A stretch of DNA of 64,000 bases from Eledone cirrhosa. Its lineage: Eukaryota. The translations under genes and the position numbers were made by a program. The stretch covers positions 301,568,001 through 301,632,000 of the forward strand of contig OZ024741.1 in the NCBI GenBank assembly GCA_964016885.1, read 5' to 3'. The notes under the pieces were generated by a model. That model searched no databases, had not been told where the DNA came from, and was given only the letters and a program-made list of their open reading frames with translations. Each line of letters starts with the position of its first letter. The first letter of the stretch is position 1. Shown here piece by piece: positions 1 to 14,064 of this stretch.

Positions 1-445
1 TGAAGCATACAGACGTAATATTTATTGCAAATTATTAATTGGAAATGTGTATATTAATTTTTCTCAAAATTTCCTTCACATCCTTCGCTATTCTGCATAA
101 TAACAAAAATAATAATTCTGTATGCATTCGCATGTTTAGTTCGACATTTGCACGTGATTCCACTTCATCCATTTCTTATTATAATTGAATAAATAATATT
201 TTACATTCAATATAATTTATTATCACCCGAAAATTCAGTTAACGTATACCTGCATAATTATAATTATTTTATCCTTTCTTTATTTTCATTTCCTTATCTA
301 ACGTTTCATAAACTCAGCAATACATTTAAATTATATAGAAATATTGACACTTTCCACGGCATCAAATTTGAATATTTTCTTTACAAAATTTAAATCAACT
401 ACCCGAATAGAGATTAATACAGTATATGCGTGTTGTGTGTGTGTG

Positions 446-519
<74 letters not shown>

Positions 520-562
520 AGACGTAAAATAAGAAAATTATAAAAATTAACTTACTTACTAA

Positions 563-656
563 AATTTCACTCCAACTAATTAGTTTCTGAAAGGGAATAA
601 ACATGGTTTCCGAATGGAACACATGGAGAATGCCTTTCGTCATCAGGAAGTAAATT
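563..656 (-). ncRNA. Type I hammerhead ribozyme, extended stem II
   Basis: Minus strand: aatttacttc CTGATGA c-gaaagg...cctttc-a GAAAC taatta GTT ggagtgaaatt; stems I, II and palindromic III all pair. Confidence 0.7.
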
Positions 657-1090
657 ATCAGCTAAGTTCCCAGGCGATTCGTGGGCACAGGGAACTTATA
701 CAAAAATAATTCAGTGGATGGAAAAAAGCAAGCGAGGACTAAATTCCAAGACATTGAAAAAATCACTGCCTACTTGGTGGGTGGCAAATTCAAAAGAATC
801 AATCACGTGACATCGAGGGTAATCAGTGAGGAGTGGGGTGTTAAGAAGACAGTAGCCGAACTATTACTATGAACTATAGAAGCAGTTTTGGCAAATTTTT
901 GCTCAACAAAATAATTTGGAGATAATTATAAAGAATTAGTATATCTACCAACATATATATACAGATGCATAACTATGCTAGCAAATATATAGGTTTTGCC
1001 TTAGTAACTTTGTGGTTCAATGCAAGGGAATGCAGAACAATTATATGAAAGATATAAAATAAGAAAATTATAAAAATTAACTTACTAAAC

Positions 1091-1182
1091 TTTCACTCCA
1101 ACTAATTAGTTTCTGAAAGGGAATAAACATGGTTTCCGAATGGAACACATGGAGAATGCCTTTCGTCATCAGGAAGTCAATT
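1091..1182 (-). ncRNA. Type I hammerhead ribozyme (second tandem copy)
   Basis: Same core and stems as 563-656; CTGATGA at 1172-1166. Confidence 0.7.
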
Positions 1183-1639
1183 CTCAGCTAAGTTCCCCGG
1201 CGATTCGTGGACACAGGGAACTTATACAAGAATAATTCAGTGGATGGAAGAAAGCAAGCGAGGACTAAATTCCAAGAAATTGAAAAAATCACTGCCTACT
1301 TGGTCGGTGGCAAATTCAAAAGAATCAATCCCGTGACATCGAGGTTAATCAGGAATATGTAGTCAAAGATAAAGCTATATATATATATATATATATATAT
1401 ACGTGGAGAAATAAATATAGGAGAACAAACCGTTAAAACATGTTTATTTAAAATAGCACCTATGTATATATATATATAGATAGATAGATATAGATATATA
1501 TATATATATATATATACATATATAATAAAAATGGCGTAAACACAACACAATAGGAGGAAACATGATAATAGTACCACTGATAATGTTGCAAATGTACAAT
1601 GAAAGAACTTTGTTAGACTATATATATATATTTATATCT

Positions 1640-1870
1640 GTATTTTTAACCGTTGGTCAGTCAATGATAAACATTGATTGCCAAATAAATTAACTATGGA
1701 GATATAAAAGATGCAGAAGCGAAAACCAACCAAACAGTCAGTGTATTGAGTGTGTTCTGTTATTATTTCTGGCAATATTATTAGAACAATATGACCCTCC
1801 CCAAGTATAACAATATCTGTTTCGACACACGATTTCATATCAAAAACCTCACAAAACAAATTCATCGCCG

Positions 1871-1906
<36 letters not shown>

Positions 1907-1924
1907 GACGGCGATGAATTTGTT

Positions 1925-1925
<1 letters not shown>
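1640..1925 (+). mobile_element. PLE pLTR-like fragment (family D) with terminal 21-bp inverted repeat around (TA)n
   Basis: atgaccctcccNaagtataacaatat...cacacgatttca is shared with 29725-29836 (minus); arms 1854-1874 and 1905-1925. Confidence 0.5.
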
Positions 1926-1959
<34 letters not shown>

Positions 1960-2019
1960 CTTAGTGTGTATATATATATGTAATATAACATGTATGTGTG
2001 TATTCATATAATGGTTTAT

Positions 2020-2205
2020 GACTTAGGCACAAGGCGAAAACCTTTGGAGGAGTAGAAACTCGATTTAATTGACCCCAGTGCGTAGGTTGTACTTTATTTT
2101 CTAGACCCAGTAAGGATGAAATGCAAAGCTAACTACTGTGATTTAAATTAGAAGCTAAAGAGCCATAACTCTATACCGAGAAGCATGGTAACCGATGCTC
2201 TACCG
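2020..2205 (-). mobile_element. tRNA-derived SINE, degenerate
   Basis: Homologous to the copies at 3290 and 13071 (ggcacaaggc...gacccc...taaggatgaaa...gcaaag). Confidence 0.6.
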
Positions 2206-2641
2206 ATTAAAATGTTCACCATATACCTTTTATCCGAAGGACTTAGCATAAAACGTTATGTGATGCGAAATGAAGTTGTTGTATTCCCAACGTTTGTTGT
2301 TTTACGTGTAGGTGGGCAGTGCTACTCATTCACCCAACTATTGGAGCAAAATTCGTGACAGTAGAAAAAAATCATTTGAAAAGATCTATTTCAACGTGAT
2401 TCATTATTAACCCATGTCATAAAACTCTCTGCCAGAAAATTATTATTAGATAATGCTTCGAAAATAGTATATATATATTCTCCAGCAGATGCCTCATAAT
2501 CATATTAGAGACCAAGGGAAATGCGTTAATCTGGAGCTGAAGTAATCTGAATGTCGAGTGCAACATCGTATTTTTCACCCTCCTTCCATTGAAAATATTG
2601 ACAAAATGTAATATTTCTTTCATATAACGTGAGTGTATGGC

Positions 2642-2707
<66 letters not shown>

Positions 2708-2957
2708 GAGTATCTATCTATTGAGTCGGTTAAACTTGAAGCACTTGAGTGTGTAGAGCCTTCCAATTAGTGTTTGCCTATTGTTTTATATTACTACATT
2801 TAAGATGCCGGTACATACCGCTGCTACATTATTGATTTCTTAATTATGAATTTCACATTGTTTAGTGCAAAATTAAGGGGAAATATATCGTTTTACGGTG
2901 CCCATGGAATTACGAAATACATTTTCAAAGGTTGTGATGTTTCATGTTCAAAGTATG

Positions 2958-3205
2958 TTTCAGGAAAGAATCCCTGGACAGATTTTACGAGCAAAACCAA
3001 CCGACTGGAGACACAGCGGCAGACCCCGAGAAAGATGGTTGGATAACATCCATGACCTTCCAGCCGGATCAGTTGAAACGGTTGCTTCTGACAGGACCAG
3101 CTGGAAGGAGTGTTTCAGGACTCTGTCCCCCCTGACCCTCTCAAGAAGAAGAAGAAGAAGAAGAAGAAGAAGAAGAAGAAGAAGAAGAAGAAGAAGAAGA
3201 AGAAG

Positions 3206-3207
<2 letters not shown>
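2958..3207 (+). mobile_element. RTE-clade LINE 3' end with (GAA)n tail
   Basis: QERIPGQIL...GRPRERWLDNI...ASDRTSWK followed by (GAA)n. Confidence 0.8.
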
Positions 3208-3265
<58 letters not shown>

Positions 3266-3289
3266 TCATGCATGTATTGTATAATAATT

Positions 3290-3470
3290 TTTTCTACTTT
3301 TAGCACAAGGCCAGCAATTACCCAGTACATTACTGATGCTTTATTTTATCGACCCCGTAAGGATGAAAGGCAAAGTTAACCTCGGCAGCATTTGAACTCA
3401 GAACGTAAAGGACCGTAACTATGCTGCAAAGCATGGTGTCTGGCGCTCTACCGATACTGCCAATCCACCA
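3290..3470 (-). mobile_element. tRNA-derived SINE
   Basis: Reverse complement of gtggattggcagtatcggtagagc...gagttcaaat (B box)...cctttcatccttacggggtcgataaaataaa...ccttgtgc. Confidence 0.85.
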
Positions 3471-4019
3471 ACGTTTTCTTCCATGATTCCCATACCAAGC
3501 CCCAGTAAACAGCAAATTCCACCAGTTTAATCCAGTTCTCTAACTCACTTATAGCATACCCGATATAAAGTAATGTGAGGAAATGACACATAATTTTATC
3601 TTCTTGCATTCAACACTAGTTGATGCATAGCTTGCAATACTCCTCCATTTATATATAAAGGACTGTAAATCTATATTTCTTTAAATGTTTTATCAACTTG
3701 TTATACAGTTAACAAATGTTAAAGATGCCCCCACTGATACCAATGTTTTAGCACTAGCCACTAGATTTAATTCGGATAAGTAGATAGGTTTTCCTAAACT
3801 TTACGCTGGGATGTTTCTGTTGGGTGGTATATAATATTTCTGCTAAAAGGTTTGTGAAAACAGAAGATAGCAGACATATATCTCGTGGTTATCATAATAC
3901 TACAAATCTACAACACCCAACCCAGCTGCTTTAAATATCCTCGAGACTCGGTTAGAAACAATCCGTATGGAAATTAGTGGGTTAATAGAGAGTATGCATG
4001 AAAATATCAATGTATGTAT

Positions 4020-4533
<514 letters not shown>

Positions 4534-4632
4534 CGACTTTATCGATATCCCCTTAGCTTCAAAGCAGCAAGAGTGGATAAATCTAGAATAGGTTCATTAC
4601 CACTCAATGATAAACGGAAAGTATACCTTGTC

Positions 4633-4987
4633 TCAGAATGGCCTTACTTTGTATGAAAGTTTGAAAATGGAAACCATAACCTTAAATGATTATCGAGGAA
4701 TTTCTTTTAAATATTTCAGTAACGTTTAACAATAGAAAGACCCGAATTATTGAAAGCGATAGAAGATCAGAGAGGAACAGATTTATGATATATAAACGAA
4801 AAAACATTTCAGGAGCCTTTTATTCTCTAAGAGGTTGTGTTAATCTAGAAGCGAAGGGTTCTTAATGACATTGAACATTTAATATTCTAAAGTTTAAGAG
4901 GAACAAACACACTTCTAAAGATTTCTGTAGAAGAAAAATAAAATATGAAAGTGACATTCTCACAACCACACGGACGCGCGCATGAGC
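4633..4987 (+). repeat. Unclassified ~350-bp dispersed repeat, copy 1
   Basis: Highly similar to 9490-9836 (atgaaagtttgaaaatggaaaccataacc...cacggacgc). Confidence 0.8.
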
Positions 4988-5030
4988 AAGTTTTTACTCC
5001 CCTCTTCCTCTCATATATTATATATACATA

Positions 5031-5144
<114 letters not shown>

Positions 5145-5243
5145 CATATATATATATGGAAAGTTATATTTAAATTGTTGTGTTACAACTAGTAAATATT
5201 TATAACTGATATAAAAGCACTCGACAAATATTTGGAGTATATT

Positions 5244-5739
<496 letters not shown>

Positions 5740-7321
5740 AAAGTTAAACAAGGTTCGATGAATAAATCAAAAATCAAAGAATGAGTTTTACAATAGATTG
5801 GAAGCACTCAATAGAAATGGTTTTCCAGAGTTATTAATATTAATTCAAAATATTAACAAAATAGATAATCTTGTGAACAACTACATTTTATTATACATAT
5901 TTCAGAGGTACTGAGTTAAGTTCAACAGTATGTCCACATCAGATAAAATAAGATGATGCATGACATACCCTGACATAGTAGATGGTAAAGATTCAGTCAT
6001 GGTAGTGAGTAATATATGACAAAACTCAATATTTATATACCTTAATATTGAGAACATGAGAAAAATATATAATACATACAATAGAGTGGGTGCGTGTGAG
6101 ACAGCTTAAAAAATACATGGAATCAATATAACTGTTAAAAAATTTAAATTACTAAAGAAAGAGGAAAGAAAGGAAAGCATAGAGGAAGAAACAGCTTATG
6201 GGATAATATAGTTAGTAGGGGCCTCGAAAGACAAAAGAGAGTTGATTACAGAGAGAGAGAGACAAAGAGGAATAATTTATGCTCAAGCTTTTAGACAATT
6301 ATCCATATATACAATATATATCTAAACTTATTTGGTTGACCGTTAATATTCAAAATATTTAATTTAAGTTAGTTCAGAGTAATGAATAATATTTTAGGTT
6401 TTAAAAGTTAATAGGTATCTATATTAATATTAAAGTATACTATCAAGTTTAATTTCTAAAATCAAATTTTATGAAATCAAATTTAAAGGATTTACAAACA
6501 CGAGAAAGAAAACATAATGTTTTTACAACCTCACGAAGGTAAACTTTACCAAAGTTATTTATAATATTGACAACAGTTATAATTTTTAAAGAATTTATGA
6601 TTAACAATTTGAGTGTCTAAAGGATCAACAGGCCTTATAATTAAACTTAAAGAGGTCTGAATTTTAAATTACATATATGTGTTAATCAAAAAAATATACA
6701 AAGATTATATTGTCTAAAGCCTTAAGGTGGTACCTTTCAAATATACATAACATAATACAATAATACAATATAGTAAATAAGTTACTGAAAATATTGTTAA
6801 AAATTAATGTTTTATATCAATTATTGTACAAGGATCATTTAGTTGATATATACTATAAATATATAAGTCCTAAGGATAAGGGCTAGATACAAAATAAAAA
6901 GTGAAAAATAATGAATTGTTTGCGAAACATAAAAATTCCCAATATTAAAAATATAGTTTAAAATATAAGAAGGTTTTAATATATAGAAGACGAAAGATAC
7001 TTCTAAAATGTCCAGCGAATGTGATAGAAAGAGGAGCTAAAGACTTGAAAAAGCCGAAGGTAATCTAAATTTAAATTTAATTAAAATAAAGTAAATTATA
7101 TTAAATTAAGTAATAATCATTATATAATTTCGAACATCCAGGGAATATCTAACATGTATAACAATAGAGAGTCATTTGAGTATCTAAATTATTTATAAAT
7201 GTAACTACGAGCATGTTATTACACTAGATAAACATATTTGTACAACTATATAGAGAGAGTATTATAGGTATTATTGAAACGATATACATATAATAAATAA
7301 ATAATTACAATCATTATTAGT

Positions 7322-7480
7322 AGTCGGATGCCATGCTTTCCAGCATAGTTACGTCCCTTTACGGTCTGAGTTCAAATCCCGCCGAGGTTAACTTTACCTT
7401 TCATCCTTACGGGGTCGATAAAATAAAGTACCAGTAATGTACTGGTTAATTGATGGCCTTGTGCCAAAAGTAGAAACAAT
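7322..7480 (+). mobile_element. tRNA-derived SINE (5'-truncated)
   Basis: B box gagttcaaatccc plus the cctttcatccttacggggtcgataaaataaagtaccag central domain. Confidence 0.85.
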
Positions 7481-7920
7481 TATTAATAATACTATAATTG
7501 TAGTTTTACCTCCAGTTCAGAGGAAAGAGAGACCAACATTTGTCGACTAGTATGGTTTGTTATATTTATACCTATATATATATAAAAAATATATATGAGC
7601 AAATCTAACGTTCTGAGTCCCAAAACATACCCAAAATGAGTAAAATATATAAATGCATGAATGATCTACGGTTCAATTATAACCGGTAATCTTAGAAGTT
7701 AAATATCCAAATTATATATTTAAAACAGAGACAAATAAATAAAGATCCGAATCTAAATTATAAATATCTAAAATAATCCAAAGGTGTGCATATTTATCAA
7801 GAGAACAAGTTACCAAATAATATGTTTATATCCTTCATTCTAACATTAATTCTATCATAAATAAATAGAAAATAAAGTATTATTAAAGTTTTATAAACTA
7901 TATATATATAATTATATATG

Positions 7921-8011
<91 letters not shown>

Positions 8012-8173
8012 GAAATAACTGTGCTCAAAATTGATATCCTTTTCTATTTATTGACTCATTCTTTATATTTGGTTTGCAGAAATTAATTAAAATGTAATTA
8101 AAACCAATTGTGTTTGATGCTTGTGTATTTTTGCGGAATAACATCCAAATATTTTGAGTAAATATTTACTTAC

Positions 8174-8291
8174 CATTTGCGCTATCTCTCCAAAATGAAC
8201 CATCGGTTAGGTCAAAGGGAATAAAACCTGGATCACAAAGTAATTCATCAGGAATCGCTATGTCGATGCCATCTGATTGAAAGTTACCAAT
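8174..8291 (-). CDS. Candidate exon (IGNFQSDGIDIAIPDELLCDPGFIPFDLTDGSFWRDSAN), probably of the FN3-like pseudogene
   Basis: 118-nt open frame between acceptor tctgtcgtctcatAG and donor GTaagt; contains an SDGI motif. Confidence 0.45.
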
Positions 8292-9489
8292 CTATGAGAC
8301 GACAGATGAATGAATCCCAGAAGAGATTTACGTTTTAGACACCAGTTTGAAAATACATACAACTGATGAAACAGAGACGACCTGCGGCTAAAAGACATTT
8401 GTAATCAGTTATATATATAATATATAAGAAATATGCATTCGTTTCGGTCGATACTTATTTTCTCTATGAGCATCATTTTGCACAAACATTATTCTGAATA
8501 ACTTTTATCTCCATTTACATTCATATAATTTGAACATATACGTTTCGGTCATTGACTTTAAAATTAGGTTAAATTAGAAACGTACCATAAATAAAATCTC
8601 TCAATCACTTTTAAGGACTTAGTAAATTATTTTAAGCAAGCTGATTAATATTGTCTCATTATTGTATTTTTATCATTCATTACCCTTGAGAAATATTGCA
8701 TGTCAAATAACTGTATCCTACGATGGATTAGGCGAAAATACTCCAGATGTTCACTGAACTGAACTCTTTGAATTATAGTGTAAGTGACTGAGCATTCCAT
8801 AGACATTTTCTCCGTATTGTTATTCTCATATAATAACAATGTGACATGGTGTTACATAGTGTGAAACAATTGGGTTTTTTCAGTACATGTACTGTTTTTA
8901 CGAGCTTACATCTACACAAACTCATTTCCAAGACTTGTTTCCAAGAATGTTTGCTTAATAAGCAATGCAGTGAACTTCATGGTTACTAAACAAAGGTCTG
9001 AAACACTCTACTATGTCATGGGCCCCAATTGGGATGATCCTCCCGCAATTACAACACTTTTCTGTGAAACTATATCTCATTAATCGTCAACACAAACATT
9101 CATAGTGGTTTTAAAAGCATTGAAGAACAAAAATTACAATATTATTTCTGGATATGATGGTAACCAGTTACCTTTCATGAGAGAAAGATCCAGATACACT
9201 AAAAAATACAGTTTGATCACGGTAAAACTGATTTGGTCATAGGTTTCCTTGATCAAAGTTGACTTGAAGTTAAACAACAGGAGATGGATTCCATTAACTT
9301 GGAAAACAATATTATCGTATATAGGAAAATTTTGCGATGAACAATAAGGAAAATTGGGGCAAAAAGGAATTTACTAGGTAGAATCCGCAAACATTTATAT
9401 AACAAACCATTACTCCAGAATATATGGATGTTGTAAGGGAAAATCATCGATAAAGATTAAAGTGTTTTAGATTAGAAAAGCTTTTTAAT

Positions 9490-9836
9490 ATGAAAGTTTG
9501 AAAATGGAAACCATAACCTTAAATGATTATCGAAGAATTTCTTTAAAATATTTCAATAACGTTTAACAATAGAAAGACCCGAATTATTGAAAGAGATAGA
9601 AGATCAAAGAGGAACAGATTTATGGTATATAAAAGAAGGGATATTAGAGATTTTTCGAGAGCCTTTTATCCTCTAAGAGGTTGTGTTAATCTAGAAACGA
9701 GGGGTTTTTAATGACATTGTACATTTAATATTCTAAAGTCTAAGAGGAACAAACACACTTCTAAAGATTTCTATAGAAGAGGAAAAATAATATATGAAAG
9801 TTGCAATCACACAGCCGCACGGACGCACGCACGAGC
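9490..9836 (+). repeat. Unclassified ~350-bp dispersed repeat, copy 2
   Basis: Homologous to 4633-4987. Confidence 0.8.
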
Positions 9837-9867
9837 TATCAATATATATATATATATATAATATATA

Positions 9868-10053
9868 TATAACGAAGGAATTGTGGTAAGGAACCAGATG
9901 GACCATAACGCACCAAAGTACTCAATACTTAGGGTAGTAGAGTGGGTAATAGGAACAAGTATGACCCCGACGGCAGAGCTCAAGCCGTTTCGACGGCTAT
10001 TTCTGGATAGCCGTCGAAACGGCTTGAGCTCTGCCGTCTGGGTCATACTTGTT

Positions 10054-10058
<5 letters not shown>
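9868..10058. mobile_element. PLE pLTR-like family B with fold-back palindrome (52-bp arms)
   Basis: Arms 9949-10000 and 10007-10058; apex lies just 5' of GAAAC; set in (TA)n; homologues at 35495, 37216 and 62246. Confidence 0.75.
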
Positions 10059-10109
<51 letters not shown>

Positions 10110-10112
<3 letters not shown>

Positions 10113-10601
10113 AATGAATAATAATAACAGGTAGACATCATAAAAGGTAATTTATTCCGATACATCGAGTTCATAGTTGTAGTCTACAAATCGCACTCAA
10201 GTATCCATTTATTATGATAAGCAGGGTATTGTCTTGTAGTGTGGGCGTGCGGGATATAGTTAGGAAGTAGTTATTGAGAGAAATTAGTGAGTGAGAAAGC
10301 GATGTTGTAGTCTCGGGTTCGAATGTTAAGTTATTTTATAGTGAGAGAATTTAGCCTTCAGTTTGTGGTTTCAGTATAACGATCGTTCGATTCTATCATT
10401 TAGTAATTTGTTTTGGGATTTTAAGATATAAAAGAGTTCAAGGTTGCATAATCTGCAGTACTTCAATCCACTCCGATATGCACTAGTGCTGGATAGTTTA
10501 TCCCATTTCAAGGTGAACTGCTGGTTGCATTCTCGGAGTTGCCAGGTCTTATTGGCGAGCGTAGTCATAAGACGGTGTTTAGGATGTTTAATCGAAAAAA
10601 A

Positions 10602-10605
<4 letters not shown>
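10110..10605 (-). mobile_element. PLE 3' fragment: C-terminal end of GIY-YIG plus 3' UTR
   Basis: TTLANKTWQLRE...KW...AYRSGLKYCRLCNLELFYILK...LLN is homologous to the end of ORF 34303-35058; it lies inverted relative to the adjacent RT fragment. Confidence 0.8.
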
Positions 10606-10633
<28 letters not shown>

Positions 10634-10636
<3 letters not shown>

Positions 10637-12990
10637 ACTAATTTGCCCTTCAAAATCTGACATTGGCATTATCATCAATCTGATATTGGTATTATCAGCA
10701 AGAAAATATTAGATAGAATCATCCCACAATTTAAGCACAAAATATATCTTAACCAATGGGGAAATACAGGTGAAGTTATTGAATGGTTCAAGGGTATTAA
10801 AGAGAGTAAAAATAAAAAATGTATACAATTTGATATCAATTCATACTACACCTCTATTTCCCCTATCCTATTAAATAAGGCTTTAATTATGGCCATGAAC
10901 AATAGTGACCTGACTAGATCCCAAATTGATGTCATACTTGCGGCCCGAAAAACCATAATTACATTTGAAGACCAATTATGGACCCGCAAGGATACGCATA
11001 ACAACTTTGACATAACTGTGGGATCTAGTGACTCGGCGCAGGTCACTGATTTGGCGGGCCTATATCTACTAAATGAAATTCATAAGAACCTACCTACCCT
11101 TATAGATAATAAAAAAATTTAATATAAAAATAAAAAGGAAACAATTACACAAAATGTTCAAAAACTTCAACTTAGATAAAAACACTTAAAACGTTAACTT
11201 CCTTGATGCTACCCTTTGCCTAGACTCTAAAATATACACACCCTTTCATAAACCTATCGAAAAACTAATTTATGTGAATACCAACTCTAACCACCCTAAA
11301 TCCATATTAAACTCTATTACTAAAGGAATATCTAATAGAATCTCTAATCTATCATATAATGAAACCATATTTAACAATAATTCACAATACTATAATCAGG
11401 CCTTAGCTAAATCAGGACATAAGAATGGGATTGAATTCCTACCTATAAAATCACATAGTTGCAACATTATTTCTCATAATATGGCCATGAGGAAAAATAA
11501 TGAAAGCACTAGCCACTATAACTCTAAGACGAAGGGTAATACCAAACTTAACTCGCACCAAAGTAAACACCACGATAATAATAATATAAACAGGGTTACA
11601 AATACCTCAAAAAACATTACTAAAAACAAAAATAGAAGAACTAATACATTCTTCAATCCCCTTTTCAATCTAAACGTCTCTACCAACTTGCCTAAGGCTT
11701 TCTTCTCAATCTTAGAAAAGAACTTCCCATCTGGCCACAAGTACCATAATCTTATCAATAAAAATACCATTAAAATCTCGTACTCCGCCACACCTAACAT
11801 AGCATACCATATAGCTAGTAGTAATAAAAGGGAGATTAACCTTTAACACAATATAATAATAATAAAGTATATATACATTTATAATTAAATATATAATGTA
11901 ATAGCATTGTATATAAGGGATTAACTTTTAAAACAATAATGTATATTATTACACAAATGATATATCTATTTGGACATATAAACAGCTATGCAATTTTCCC
12001 TAACATATAGCTTGTCATGTAATGAATAGATAACAATCTAAAGGGACCTTTAATATAAAATACACTATATTTAAAATCAAGTATAAATATATAGCATTAT
12101 GTAGATTCAATTGTATCACATATAGATTCAATTGTATCACATTATAATGTGTATTAGAGCAAAGAATTTAAATAGCTGAATGTAATTAGCTAGTTACCTC
12201 CCCTTACGCATTAGCTCCCCTTACTCACTTCCGGAAATTAACAGTTGGAAAATCTACCTGTTGAACAACTATAGTCCATGAATAAGAATACAATAAGACT
12301 AATTTACAATCCATTGCTTTAACTAACTTAAAACATTCAATATAAACATTAACTAAAATATAATTCAACATATGTAATGGAAAAGACTGCAACAACTTTG
12401 TTCTTCTCAACACACACAAATTCAAACACTATCAACATACTACATCCACCGTAGATTTTAATACATTAACATATTTGCTTAAAATACAGTATTTATTTAT
12501 CTATATATGCATAATAACTTTGCTTATTTCCTTCTCATATGTATGACTAACGCATGTGCACTTTCTACACGCCTGCATATGTATTCCTAATGTATTCTTT
12601 CTTTCTCAAAGCTCCTTTAATTATTAGACTATTCTCTTGTATTATCTGCTGCATCTATTCCACTCTGTGCTTTTAATTTGAATTTGAATTTTTGTACAAT
12701 TCTCGTAAAATATATGTCACATCCATTCCACCCTGTAAATACGAAACTGTTGCTCACAACATCAATATATATGTATCTATATTACTGTTCAGTTGAATAG
12801 GAGGTTAATTACATGTACAAACATTGATAATGCTTCGATGACCCCAAACAAGAGTTTGGAAGAAACGATTGTCAGCTATTAAATGATTTGAACACAACTT
12901 TGATAATTGTCTAATTCATTTATTTTCCTGCTCTGTAAAACAACTGATGTTCTTACATTGAGCTATTTCTCCTACTGGTAATAAGGTAAT
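10634..12990 (+). mobile_element. Penelope-like element (Hydra-clade-like), degenerate RT plus linker plus 3' HHR
   Basis: RLICPSKSDIG, QWGNTGEVIEWF, IQFDINSYYTSI, FDITVGSSDSAQVTDLAGLYLL, NFLDAT, YVNTNSNHPKSIL, FFNPLFNLNVSTN, TIKISYS; the catalytic DD region appears deleted near 11.1 kb. Confidence 0.85.
12824..12882 (+). ncRNA. Degenerate hammerhead ribozyme
   Basis: gct TCGATGA cc-ccaaac-aaga-gtttgg-aa GAAAC gatt GTC agc; homologous to 62092-62153. Confidence 0.55.
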
Positions 12991-13070
12991 AGTAAATTAC
13001 TGACCTTTCCTGTTTATAGTTGTTTATAGTATATACATAACTATAAATAGTATTATTATATATATATATA

Positions 13071-13250
13071 GGCGGTGGATTGGCAGTATCGGTAGAGGGT
13101 CGGACGCCATGCTTTCCAGCATAGTTATGTCCCTTTATGATCTGAGTTCAAATCCCGCCGAGGTTGACTTTGCCTTTCATCCTTACGGGGTCGATAAAAT
13201 AAAGTACCAGTAATGCATTGGGTAATTGCTGGCCTTGTGCCTAAAGTAGA

Positions 13251-13254
<4 letters not shown>
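13071..13254 (+). mobile_element. tRNA-derived SINE, full length
   Basis: ggcggtggattggcagtatcggtagag (A-box region), gagttcaaatccc (B box), central domain, ccttgtgcctaaagtagaaac end. Confidence 0.9.
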
Positions 13255-13313
<59 letters not shown>

Positions 13314-13609
13314 AGGGCTGAAGGTGGTGTGTGTGTAGGTGTATGTGTGTGTGTATGTGAATGTGAGAGTTGGGGGAAAAACGGGGTTGCATGTTCAGGA
13401 AAAGGTGTATGTGGGGTGGGGTGTAGGTCGGTGTGTGTGTGGGGTGGAGTGTAGGTCGGTGTGTGTGTGTGTGTGGATGGAGAGGGGTGGGGAGGGGAGG
13501 AGAGGATTCCGGAGGCTGAGTGTGTAAATATGTGGTGGTACGCACGTGTGTGTGGTATATATATATATATATATATACATGCATGCAAACATAACAAATA
13601 TCTATCTAT

Positions 13610-13760
13610 CTAAGGCGGGTAAAATTCCCGAGATCCATGGACGAGTTCTCTCCAGCGGTCTCTGTCCCTCATTATCGCTGCCATGTCCTGCGTCTCCAAC
13701 AGACCAGTGTCTGTCCTTAGGGCATCAACATACGTTAACCTTGGTCTTACTCTTCTAGTG
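13610..13760 (-). mobile_element. RTE-clade LINE 3' fragment
   Basis: RRVRPRLTYVDALRTDTGL...MRDRDRWRELV. Confidence 0.7.
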
Positions 13761-14002
13761 TAACAAATATGCAAACGCATATACTTGCACAAATTGTACA
13801 CATATATAATGTGTGTATATGTATATATATATCTCTGCTGTCGAGCACCATAAATTGAACGGTATAGGCTGCCATCTCTAGCAGCTTGTTCTGTTCATGC
13901 CACCGGTCACTGCCTGGTGCACGTATTTCCCTTATATTTACACGTGCGACAGGTGGTTTACTATAGTTTTCTCTCTCTAGTAGTGCGGACAATATCGGTC
14001 TT

Positions 14003-14064
14003 CCACATGCTGATGACCCACTGGGCCGAATTGGAACCCACTAAATGGCGAAACAATCTCCTGG
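14003..14064 (+). ncRNA. Hammerhead-like motif (degenerate) in a (TA)n-flanked pLTR-like module
   Basis: CTGATGA c-cca...tgg-c GAAAC; stems I and III are weak. Confidence 0.4.

Larger units (their letters stand above)
512..1375 (-). mobile_element. Tandem PLE pseudo-LTR / retrozyme-like unit with two hammerhead ribozymes
   Basis: Direct repeats 512-826 and 1042-1352 (period ~526-530), each with a minus-strand HHR; (TA)n on both sides; no credible ORF. Confidence 0.7.
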
